Shown here: positions 36,790-47,490 of the stretch, in pieces
Layout: every line of letters starts with the position of its first letter
Position numbering within the stretch: position 1 is the first letter of the stretch
Assembly: GCF_963921235.1 (NCBI RefSeq)
Contig: NC_086097.1
Location: 224,752,001-224,816,000, forward strand
Origin: Mobula hypostoma
Taxonomy: Eukaryota
Direction: 5' to 3'
DNA: 64,000 bases
Translations under genes and position numbers: made by a program
The notes under the pieces: generated by a model
Databases searched by the model: none
Seen by the model: only the letters and a program-made list of their open reading frames with translations
Told to the model about the DNA's origin: nothing

Positions 36790-38730
36790 ATTATAGCACA
36801 GCATTTAACACCATCATTCCCACAATACTGATTGATAAGTTACAGGACCTTGGCCTCTGTACCTCCCTCTGCAATTGTAAGACCACATTCTGTATGGATT
36901 GGTGATAATATCTCCTCCTCACTGACAACCAACACTGGTGACTATCAGGGTTTCTCGGGTAATGATGAGTTTGAGTACAGAGAGGAAGTTAAGAATCTGG
37001 TGGCATGCTGCGAAGACAATAACCTATCCCTCAACGTCAGCAAGACGAAGGAGTAACGGACTGCACAACCCCATTTACACCGGTGGTGCACAAGTGGAAC
37101 AGGTCAAAAGCTTTAAGTTCCTCGGGGTCAATATCACAAATGACCTGACTCGGTCCAACCAAGCAGAGTTCACTGCCAAGAAGGTCCACCAGTGCCTTTA
37201 CTTCCTGAGAAAACTAAAGAAATTTGGCCTGTCCCCTAAAACCCTCACTAATTTTTACAGATGCACCATAGAAAGCATTCTTCTAGGGTGCATCACAACC
37301 TGGTATGGAAGTTGTCCTGTCCAAGACTGGAAGAAGCTGCAGAAGATCGTGAACACAGCCCAGCACATCACACAAACCAATCTTCCGTCCTTGGACTCAC
37401 TTTACACCGCATGCTGTTGGAGCAGTGCTGCCAGAATAATCAAGGACACAACCCACCCAGCCAACACACTTTTCGTCCCTCTTCCCTCCGGGAGAAGGCT
37501 CAGGAGCTTGAAGACTCGTACGGCCAGATTTGGGAACAGCTTCTTTCCAACTGTGATAAGACTGCTGAACGGATCCTGACCCGGATCTGGGCCGTACCCT
37601 CCAAATATCCGGACCCGCCTCTCCGTTTTTTTGCACTACATTACTTTCCATTTTCTATTTTCTATTTATGATTTATAACTTAAATTTTTAATATTTACTA
37701 TCAATTTGTATTCAAGGGAGCGCGAAGCGCAGAATCAAATATCGCTGTGATGATTGTACGCTCTAGTATTAATTGTTTGGCCACAATAAGGTAAAGTTGT
37801 GTGCTTAGTCCACTGCTCTACTCCCTCTCTACCCCTGGCTATGTGGCCAGGCATAGCTCAAATACGGTCTATAAATTTGTTGATGATACAACCATTGTTG
37901 GTAGAATCTCAGATGGAGACCAGAGGCCATATGGGAGCGCGATATGCCAACTAGTGGAATGGTGTCACAGCAACAACCTGGCAATCAACATCAGTAAGAT
38001 GAAAGAGCTAATTGTGGACTTCATGAAGAGTAAGATGAAGGAATATATCTCAATCCTCACAGAGGGATCAGAAGTGGAGAGAGTGAGCAGTTTCAAGTTC
38101 CTGGGTGTCAAGATCTCTGAGGACCTAACCTGGTCCCAACATATCAATGCAGTTATAAGGAAGGCAGTGACTATACTTCATTAGGAGTTTGACGAGATTT
38201 CGTATGTCAAAAAAACCTCAAAAACTTCTGTAGATGTACCGTGGAAAACATTCTGACAGGCTGCATCACTGTCTGGTATGATGTGGGGGGGTGGGGGGGG
38301 AGGACTGAAAGAAGCTGCAGAGGGTTGTAAATTTAGTCAGCTCCATCTTGGGTACTAGCCTACATAGTACCCAGGACATCTTCAAGGAGCCGTGTCTCGA
38401 AAGGCAGTGTCCATTATTAAGGACCCCCAGCATTACCAGGGCTCACCCTTTTCTCACTGTTATCATCAGGTAGGAGATACAGAAGCCTGAAGGCACACAC
38501 TCAGCGATTCAGGAACAGCTTCTTCCCTTCTGCCATCTGATTCCTAAATGGACATTGAACCCGTAAACACTATCTCACTTTTTTAAATATATATTATTTC
38601 TGGGTTTTAATCTATTGATCTGTAATTTATTTATTTATTTTTCTCTGCTAGATTATGTATTGCATTGAACTGCTGCTGCTAAGTTAACAAATTTCACGAC
38701 ACATGCCGATGATAATAAATCTGATTCTGA
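36790..38730 (+). mobile_element. Rex1/Babar LINE fragment with a second Rex1 family nested at ~36950-37796
   Basis: Host RT motifs YSTAFNTIIP...QG|CVLSPLLYSL...VDDTTIVG are split by an insert encoding KSFKFLGVNITNDL...FFPTVIRLLN; host tail AATAAATCTGATTCTGA. An inverted same-family tail lies at ~36520-36742. Confidence 0.9.
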
Positions 38731-38784
38731 CCAATTGTGACATGCATAATGATTGCTAGACAGGGCCAGTATCCCTGCAAGAAC

Positions 38785-38900
38785 TCAGCACACTCAGTGA
38801 GTGCTCCCTGTGAGATACCACAGCGTCCAAACACAGTGTCAGCACACTCAGTGAGTGCTCCCTGTGAGATACCACAGCGCCCAAACACAGTGTCAGCACA
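38785..38900. repeat. 54-bp tandem duplication (2 units plus a partial third)
   Basis: TCAGCACA starts at 38785, 38839 and 38893; one mismatch between the two full units. Confidence 0.95.
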
Positions 38901-39029
38901 GCCACCTGCAGCGTGGACCATCAGAAAGTCTGCAGTTCTGACACACCTCTTCACCTTTGCTGGCAGGGATATAGGATTGCATAAGACTCCCAGGGTATAA
39001 TCACTCCCAGAGATAGACACATCTCTAAT

Positions 39030-39145
39030 AAGACAAAATCTGCAGATGCTGGAAATCAAAATGTTGGAGGAACTCAGCAGGCCAGGCAGCATCTATGGGA
39101 AAGAGTAAACAGTCGCGTTTCGGGCCGAGACCCTTCATCAGGACT
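39030..39145 (-). mobile_element. Penelope-derived short repeat with a hammerhead core
   Basis: Minus strand reads AGTC-CTGATGA-A-GGGTCTCGGCCC-GAAACGC-GACT...GATGCTGCCTGGCCTGCTGAGTTCCTCC. Confidence 0.85.
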
Positions 39146-39691
39146 CTCTGACAGGGAATGTTTCGCAATGTCCTCTGCAGTGTCAGTCGGATCTGGGTGC
39201 TTCTAGCAGTACATATTTTAATTTTGTGCTAGTTTCCTGTGTTCTCCGCAGTGAACCCACCACATCAGATTAAGCGGTTGATGGCAACCTTTGGGCTGTT
39301 ATCCTTACATTACCCTCAAGACACCACCTCCCCTGCTTCTTTTTCATTTGTCATAGGCACAAGAGCTCTCTTATCTCCTCCTTCCTGGCCACTAGGGTTT
39401 GTAGACTGGAAATACGGCTTCCAGCAAGTTGCTGTGACCTTTGGACTGATTTCTACCTCCGGTTCTTCACAGTTGCAAACAGGCAAGAGCACTGCCTAAC
39501 ATTGAGTGTTACAGAAAATGATTACTGACCACTAACGCAGAATTGGGCTCGGTGATGCCAAACCAGTACAGTCAGAACTGAATGTCGTGACAATGACAAT
39601 GAATGCCATGAAGTCGTGACGTGTACAATCTAGGTCCAATTGGACTGAGTTAATCATAAACCCAGCAAGCATAGTCCATCACTATCTAAAT

Positions 39692-39771
39692 CAGGGGTTC
39701 CCAACCTGGGGACTATGGGCTCCTTGTTTAATGGCATTGGACTATGGCATAAAAAACATCAGGAACTCCTG
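39692..39771. mobile_element. hAT (Charlie-like) MITE, 80 bp
   Basis: CAGGGGTTCC...GGAACTCCTG termini; TSD ATCTAAAT / ATCTGACT (6/8). Confidence 0.75.
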
Positions 39772-40259
39772 ATCTGACTCAACCTCCAGCAGCCCTTTCT
39801 TCCTGAGTAGAGCTGGAGCACGACTGCTCAGAATACCCAGTAAGGCAAGCAACATCTGTGGAGGAGAAGAAAGCTAATGTTTTAGGTCAACACGAGGAAA
39901 TCTTCAGATGCTGGAATTTCAGGCAACACACATAAAAATTGCTGGTGAACGCAGCAGGCCAGGCAGCATAGATAGGAAGAGGTATAGTCGACATTTCGGG
40001 CCAAGACCCTTCGTCAGGATTAACTGAAAGAAGAGTTAGTAAGAGATTTGAAAGTGGGAGGGGGAGGGGGAGATCCAAAATGATAGGAGAAGACAGGAGG
40101 GGGAGGGATGGAACCAAAAGCTGGACAGGTGATTGGCAAAAGGGATACAAGGCTGGAGAAGGGAGAGGATCATGGGACGGGAGGCCTAGAGAGAAAGAAA
40201 GGGGGACGAGGGGGAAAGACCAGAGGATGGGCAAAAAGTATAGTGGGAGGGACAGAGGG

Positions 40260-40323
<64 letters not shown>

Positions 40324-40369
40324 AATAAATAAATAAATAACGGATGGGGTACGAAGGGGAGGTGGGGCA

Positions 40370-40696
40370 TTAATGGAAGTTAGAGAAGTCAATGTTCATG
40401 CCATCAGGTTGGAGACTACCCAGACAGAATATAAGGTGTTGTTCCTCCAACCTGAGTGTGGCTTCATCTTGACAGTAGAGGAGGCTGTGGATAGACATAT
40501 CAGAATGGGAATGGGATGTGGAATTAAAAAGTGTCGCCACTGGGAGATCCTGCTTTCTCTGGCGGATAGAGCGTAGGTGTTCAGCGAAACAGTCTCCCAG
40601 CCTGCGTCGGGTCTCGCCAATATATAGAAGGCCGCATCGGGAGCACCGACCGCAGTATATCACCCCAGCCGACTCACAGGAGAAGTTTTGCCTCAC
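40370..40696 (-). CDS. GIY-YIG endonuclease domain of a truncated Penelope-like element
   Basis: VIYCGRCSRCGLLYIGETRRRLGDCFAEH...LRLEEQHLIF...GMNIDF. Confidence 0.85.
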   Translation of the reverse strand: MRQNFSCESAGVIYCGRCSRCGLLYIGETRRRLGDCFAEHLRSIRQRKQDLPVATLFNSTSHSHSDMSIHSLLYCQDEATLRLEEQHLIFCLGSLQPDGMNIDFSNFH

Positions 40697-40899
40697 CTGG
40701 AAGGACTGTCTGGGACCCTGAATGGTGGTGAGGGAGGAAGTGTAAGGACATGTGTAGCACTTGTTCTGCTTACAAGGATAAGTGCCGGGAAGGAGATCGG
40801 TAGGAAGGGATGGGGAGGGGACGAATGGACAAGGGAGTCACGTAGGGAGCGATCCCTGCAGAAGCAGTGAGAGATCTCTTACTATCTCTTCTTTCAGTT

Positions 40900-40935
40900 A
40901 GTCCTGATGAAGGGTCTTGGCCCGAAACGTCACCT
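40900..40935 (+). ncRNA. Minimal type-I hammerhead ribozyme motif
   Basis: CTGATGA at 40904-40910, stem II GGGT-CTTG-GCCC, GAAA at 40924-40927, CGTC with predicted cleavage after 40931; stem I is mismatched in this copy. Confidence 0.75.
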
Positions 40936-41954
40936 GTAGCTCTTCCTATAGATGCTGCCTGGCCTGCTGCGTTCACCATCAATTTTTATGTGTGTTGTTT
41001 TTGGTCAATGACCTTTCATCAGAACAAATGTTGCCAGAATGACAAAATAAACCCAGCTCCATTGACGTTCTATAGTGTAACGATTCTCCTTTCAGCAGGA
41101 GATGTTGTCATGCTCGTGAGCTGTTGCTGCACACAGTCAATGCACTCATTGCCACAAGAAAGCACCTATCATTAAGGACCATTTCAGTCCAAGCATACTA
41201 TCATCAGACAAGAGATGTAGGAGCCTCAGATCCCACACCACCAGGTTCAGGAACCGCTACTACCCTTCACCCTGAACTAGTGTGGGTAACTTCACTCACC
41301 TGAACTCTGAACTGATTCCACATTCCTGCAGACTCGCTTTCAAGGTCTTACTAATCCATGTTCTCAGTGTCATTTATTATTTTAATTTGCACAATTTGTC
41401 CTATTTTCCATATCAGGTTGTTTATCAATCAGTGTTTATGTATAGTTTTTCTTCATAAATTCTTCTGTATTTCTTTATTTTCCTGTAAATAGCTGCAAGA
41501 AAATACATCTCAAGGTAGTATATGCTGACATTCTGTATATGTACTTAGATAATAAATTCACTTTGACTTTGACTTTGAATGAATCTAGTGAGAGTAGTTT
41601 AAGTTTTGCTGTATAAATTAAACTGATTCCAAAAAGCAAAACAGACTCGGTTTATGAATGTTTGGGTTACAGCTAATCTTATACAGTCTAACTGAGTCTC
41701 AAATAAAGGCTGCTGAAAATTACATTTTATGCTTTTAATCTCTAAGAAACAGAGAAATGTTGACAAATGTAAAGTGCTATTTACCACGCATTATTTGTGG
41801 GAAATATATGAGATTCAAATTTGTTGGTTTATTAACCTTGAGACAATTTAATCTTCCAGGAAAAAGATGAATCATCAAATGTACAAACAAGACTGACTGG
41901 AAGGTGAAACCTTTCAACACAGATCAGGTTACTGTAATTAGTGAACAGTGTTAG

Positions 41955-42968
41955 GCTGCTGTTCACTCTGCTGACCCACGACTGTGCTGCAACACACAGC
42001 TCGAACCACATCATCAAGTTCACCGACGACACGACCGTGGTGGGTCTCATCAGCAAGAAGCATAAGTCAGCATACAGAGAGGAGGCGCACGGCTAACGGA
42101 CTGGTGCAGAGCCAACAACCTGTCTCTGAATGTGAACAAAACAAAAGAGATGGTTGTTGACTTCAGGAGGACACGGAACGGCCACTCTCCGCTGAACATT
42201 GACGACTCCTCCGTAGAGATCGTTAAGAGCACCAAATTTCTTGGTGTTCACCTGGCGGAGAATCTCACCTGGTCCCTCAACACCAGCTCCATAGCAAAGA
42301 AAGCCCAGCAGCGTCTCTACTTTCTGTGAAGGCTGAGAAAAGTCCATCTCTCACCCCCCATCCTCACCACATTCTACAGAGGTTGTATCGAGAGCATCCT
42401 GAGCAGCTGCATCACTGCCTGGTTTGGAAATTGCACCATCTCAGATCACAAGACCCTGCAGCAGATAGTGAAGTCAGCTGAGAAGATCATCGGGGTCTCT
42501 CTTCCCACCATTAGAGACATTTACACCACATGCTGCATCCGTAAAGCAAACAGCATTATGAAGAACCCCACACACCCCTCATACAAACTCTTCTCCCTCC
42601 TGCCATCTGGAAAAAGGCACTGAAGCATTCGGGCTCTCACGACCAGACTATGTAACAGTTTCTTCCCCCAAGTCACCAGACTCTTCAATACCCAGAGCCT
42701 GGATTGACACCAACCTACTGCCCTCTACTGTGCCTATTGTCCTGTTTATTATTTATTGTAATGCCTGCACTGTTTTGTGCACTTTATGCAGTCCTGGGTA
42801 GGTCTGTAGTCTAGTGTAGTTTTGTATTTTTTTTTACGTAGTTCAGTGTAGTTTCTGTATTGTTCCTGTAGCACCATGGTCCTGAAAATCGTTGTCTCGT
42901 TTTTACTGTGTACTGTACCAGCAGTTATGGTCGAAATGACAATAAAAGTGACTTAATTTGACTTAACT
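41955..42968 (+). mobile_element. Rex1/Babar LINE 3' part
   Basis: LLTHDC...KFTDDTTVVGLI, NKTKEMVVDFRR and [14 protein letters not shown]; tail AATAAAAGTGACTT. Confidence 0.9.
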
Positions 42969-45835
42969 TTTAATGGCTCCATGAAGATTCTGAAACAGTA
43001 ATTAAATTTGACATTCTTGGTGCCTACAACTGCATGTGCTGAGATTAGCCTTAGATGCTGTAGATATATAACTGTAATTGCTGGTAACAGAGAATCATTG
43101 TAAAGTGAAATGGGAGAATTCAGAAAGGAACCTTTAAAACCTTAGCAAAGTGTGTGGCCTCCCTTTTATTGAAATGTGAAAGGATGCACAAGTGTATTGT
43201 GGGGTGCCACAATAGAATGGAAAGAATTCAAACGAAAGCAGTTTTCTGCATATTCATTCCAAGTTACACCCAAAGCAGCACGAACGTATGCACACTTCTG
43301 GGGCCGAGGCCAGTGGGCCCTTTCTGTTTTACTGCCAGGCTCCTCGGGCAGGTTTGGTTTTGCTATTCCAGCCCCTCTTAACTTAATTTGTAACTTTTGT
43401 ACTGGTCAGGTACCAAAGAAAGATTCAAAGAATTCAATGCTCTAAGGCATAGAATTCCAGGTTAGCTAATCGGTTTCATATGGATTTAGCAATATCAGTC
43501 TTACGTCCCATTCTGGGAGGTAATTCACAGTTTCTGCTGATGTTTGGAGGAATCTGGCAGTTGCTTTCCGCTGGCAATGATAGTGCAATTGTCCTCAGTG
43601 AAGGAAAATTTTAGGATTACTTCTCTGTCATTTGCATTTATGGTTGTCAACCATTTTCCATTTGTGCACATATTGTTTAAATCAATTGTGGGTAATTTTA
43701 ATATATTATTGCCAGCTAAGACTCTTAATAGCACTTTCCACTACTTTGCAGTGATTGAGAAGAGATTAATTAATCAACCAGAATAGATTTGTTTTCTTTT
43801 GATGGATAAGATGTATTTGAGAAACTTTACAAAGTTTTTGATAGCTGCACAGGTAATCTTGGAATCAGCAGACTTCTGTGCATATCTTCCACTTGGCTTG
43901 GCCATAACAGAAGCACTGTGAATCTGATGCCATCCTAGTTATTAATCTCAGGCATCCGCATCAGCTAAAGCCACAAGTCCGATGTCAGAGTCACAATTCA
44001 TCATCACAAAGGACTGTAGGTTCTTGTTTTTGTACTTCAGTCAATCAGCAGCCTGCAAACTGGGAACTCAGACAGCGCCTAAAACAGATTGAACACTGTC
44101 CAATTTCTAGCACTGCACTTATATTATGAGATTGTTGGATAGCTCTTCCAATTCAATTTGAAAGACTCTAGGCTTGTAATAAAAGTTTCAAGCATTTCCA
44201 AATGCATTGGAAGAGTCATTTCTATTTGTGGAATCAGGACAAGATTTAATGGATTAACTACTAAGAAGGACATTCTGTTGGGATGCTGATGCAACAGTTT
44301 CTTTTGCAGTGCATTAGTTAAAGTGGTACAATGTCACAGGAACAGTGGTCCTTGGAATGGCACTCCTTACAGAAAAATGGCAGACTGAACAAGAAAAGCC
44401 ATCACCACAATCACAGACATCATAACCCACAGGGTGTTAACAAAGCAACTGCCTAAACCCTTCTGTCCATACATAAAGTCCAAACTGTCAAGTATTTCCA
44501 GCAATTTCTGTTTTTGTTGTAGATCACAGAAGCACTATTTTCCTTTAAATATGGAATGAAGTCCAAGAACTGTTGTGGAGTGAACCCCACCTGTGGAACA
44601 AATCCCAGAGCCTAGATCCAGAGACCTTTTTTTACTCACTTAGTCCCTTGTTGATATCTGAGATCTGTATAAAGCTGAAAGGCCCATCCTCCTCATTGAA
44701 AAGGTATAGAAAAGAAGGACTGTTCTGTGCCCTTTGCTACATGGCAGAATGCCACAACTACCCATAAATGAGTGAAGTAATCTATATTTTAAATCCAGAC
44801 ATAACATAATATTTATACCAATAATGTTTAGAGAGATTTATCATTGCACAAAGTATATCAGTTTATGAATATGGCTTTTTTTTATTCCTTTCTTAAATAT
44901 TACCAAATGCAACTACTTAAACCTGGTGTTGGAGGTATTTTAATTTCTATAACAATTGTCGTTAACATTCTATGTATTTTCTGTTGACAATCACAAATCA
45001 CATTTTAAACTTTTCACACTCTGAAGATGACTGATGTCATGTAAAATATTCCCAATCCTGGCAGGCATCATGATTTTTTTTCCTGATGACTATGAAAATA
45101 TTCTTTCGTGCAGTGAACCATACAAATAGGATTGAAAGGTTTTTTTTGTCTGCAGGATCTAACCGGCCTTTAGCCAGCAGTTTCCCTTGGGCTGATCAGG
45201 AAAACAGATTACTGCCATAAATCACTTCATTGTCCTTAATTAGATGCTTTGCAGCTCAGTATCACTCCTGCAGAGAATATTCAAACTCTCTTCAACAAAG
45301 TACAACATCCCTCTGACCCCAGGAAATCACTGTACCACGGCAGCTGAAAGTGAAGATGGACAAGGACTATTTGGGGTGAGAATGAGAATCCTGCGACCGT
45401 CCGTTGGGAGCACACAGAAACTTTACATACGCAGTGGATGGAGCAGACCACCTCGCAAAATATTTATGGAGGTGTCCACAGTTTCCACATTGCCTTCATT
45501 AGGAACCTCCGAACCCACACGGCTAGGGTGGAAGAAAATAAACCTCAATCCTCAGGGACTGCATCAGAGGAAGGAGGAGGAGGGAGGGAGGAGTAGAAGA
45601 AATAGGGTAAATGCAAACAGACTTTTCCACTGAGTTTGGGTGAGAGTCGAACTAGAATAACGGGCTAAGAGTGAAAGGTGAAATATTTAAGGGGAACATA
45701 AGGGGCAACTTCTTCGCTCAGAGGATGGGGAGAATGAGGAATGAGCTACCGGTGAGAGTAGTGGATGTGGGTGCAGTTTCAACATTTAAGAGAAATTTGG
45801 AGAGGTACATGGATGGGAGGTGTATGGATCGATGC

Positions 45836-46153
45836 TGTGATGAGACCATTGACGAAAATGGCTTGGACCTAAATGCTGGAATATCTGCGGCAAGGATCGA
45901 GACACAGTCTCAAACTGGATTGAGGATTTGAGCACAAAACAAACACTAGACAAAATCACAAGTAAGCTTGTAATTGAGCACTGAACCTCAGCTCAGGTGT
46001 TCCTTAAATGCTCAGTCCTAGGTGCCCAAAACATGATTGCCAATTAGCGAGATTGTCCCGAATCTTTAAAGGGGCCACGCCAGCTATCCACATTCTGGGG
46101 AGTTAGAGCGTCTCATCCCCCGAAGTTGGCGCAGATGAATGAGAGTCATAACA
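45836..46153 (-). repeat. 3' LTR of the Gypsy element
   Basis: TGT...ACA ends; preceded on minus by PPT GGGGAGGGGGTGC; homologous to 49817-50110. Confidence 0.9.
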
Positions 46154-46216
46154 GCACCCCCTCCCCTATGGCCGACTCCTGGTGGCCCTGGATGCTTGAA
46201 GAAATGATGACTGAAG

Positions 46217-46549
46217 TCATGGATGAGAGGCGGATCCAGGAACCCAACACCTCTCTTCTGGCCTGAATCCTTCCTGGTCCACGAGATATTGCCAAACACC
46301 ACGAACAGTACACGAGTTCAAGATTCTTCTCACGGTGAAAACCTGCTCCCTATCAACAAACCTGGGTGGCGGTGGAGCTGATGGTGGTGGGGCTAATGGG
46401 CTGGTGTACACAGGCTTTAACTTGGAAACCTGGAAAGTGGGACTGATCTTGAGGGTCTTGGGGAACTGCAAGGTGTATCCCACTGGGTTTACTTTCCTCA
46501 GAATCCTGAAGGGTCCAATGAACTTGGGCACCAGTTTCCTGGACTCCAC
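46217..46549 (-). pseudogene. Integrase C-terminus: GPY/F motif and chromodomain
   Basis: KLVPKFIGPFRIL...PTFQVSKLKP; FTVRRILNS...WQYLVDQEGFRPEERCWVP. Confidence 0.85.
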
Positions 46550-46626
46550 TTAGAAAGGCAAATCCCAAATCAACAGCCAGACCTGTTGCCCAGGCTGCAA
46601 AATTGGTCCCTGTCTTCTCTTGTAGT

Positions 46627-47490
46627 TAGTCATAGTCATAGTCATAGTCATACTTTATTGATCCCGGGGGAAATTGATTTTCATTACAGTTGCACCATAA
46701 ATAATTAAATACTAATAAAACCATAAATAATTAAATAGTAATATGTAAATTATGCCAGGAAATAAGTCCAGGACCAGCCTATTGGCTCAGAGTGTCTGAC
46801 CCTCCAAGGGAGGAGTTGTAAAGTTTGATGGCCACAGGCAGGAATGACTTCCTATAACGCTCTGTGTTGCATCTCAGTGGAATGAGTCTCTGGCTGAATG
46901 TACTCCTGTGCCCACCCAGTACATTATGTACATTATGGACAGCATCCTCTTTTCAGACACCACCGTCAGAGAGTCCAGTTCCATCCCCACAACATCACTG
47001 ACCTTACAAATGAGTTTGTTGATTCTGTTGGTGTCTGCTACCCTCAGCCTGCTGCCCCAGCACACAACAGCAAACATGATCGCACTGGCCACCACAGACT
47101 CGTAGAACATCCTCAGCATCGTCCGGCAGGTATTAAAGGATCTCAGTCTCCTCAGGAAATAGAGATGGAACTGACCCTTCTTGTAGACAGCCTCAGTGTT
47201 CTTTGACCAGTCCAGTTTATTGTCAATTCGTATCCCCAGGTATTTGTAGTCCTCCACCATGTCCACACTGACACCCTGGATGGAAACAGGGGTCACCAGT
47301 ACCTTAGCTCTCCCCAGGTCTACCACCAGCTCCTTAGCCTTTTTCACATTAAGCTGCAGATAATTCTGCTCACACCACGTGACAAAGTTTCCTACTGTAG
47401 CCCTGTACAGCCTCATCTCCCTTGCTGATGCATCCAACTATGGCAGAGTCATCCGAAAACTTCTGAAGATGACAAGACTCTGTGCAGTAG
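46627..47490 (-). mobile_element. Rex1/Babar LINE nested in the Gypsy integrase
   Basis: FSDDSAIVGCI, LQLNVKKAKELVVD and YKYLGIRIDNKLDW; (TAGTCA)n tail on plus. Confidence 0.9.

Larger units (their letters stand above)
39891..40995 (-). mobile_element. Penelope-like element (Neptune-type) with inverted pseudo-LTRs
   Basis: GIY-YIG ORF; ~125-bp inverted arms (~39925-40050 and ~40873-40997); TSD TGTTTT(A/T)GGTCAA; (GA)n at ~40268-40318. Confidence 0.92.

Noticed and set aside
38832..38892. CACAGTG heptamers suggesting V(D)J recombination signals
   Set aside because: No ACAAAAACC-like nonamer at 12- or 23-bp spacing and no V or J segments nearby
40080..40392. ORFs with RERERE / SLSLSL runs
   Set aside because: (GA)n microsatellite inside the Penelope 3' region
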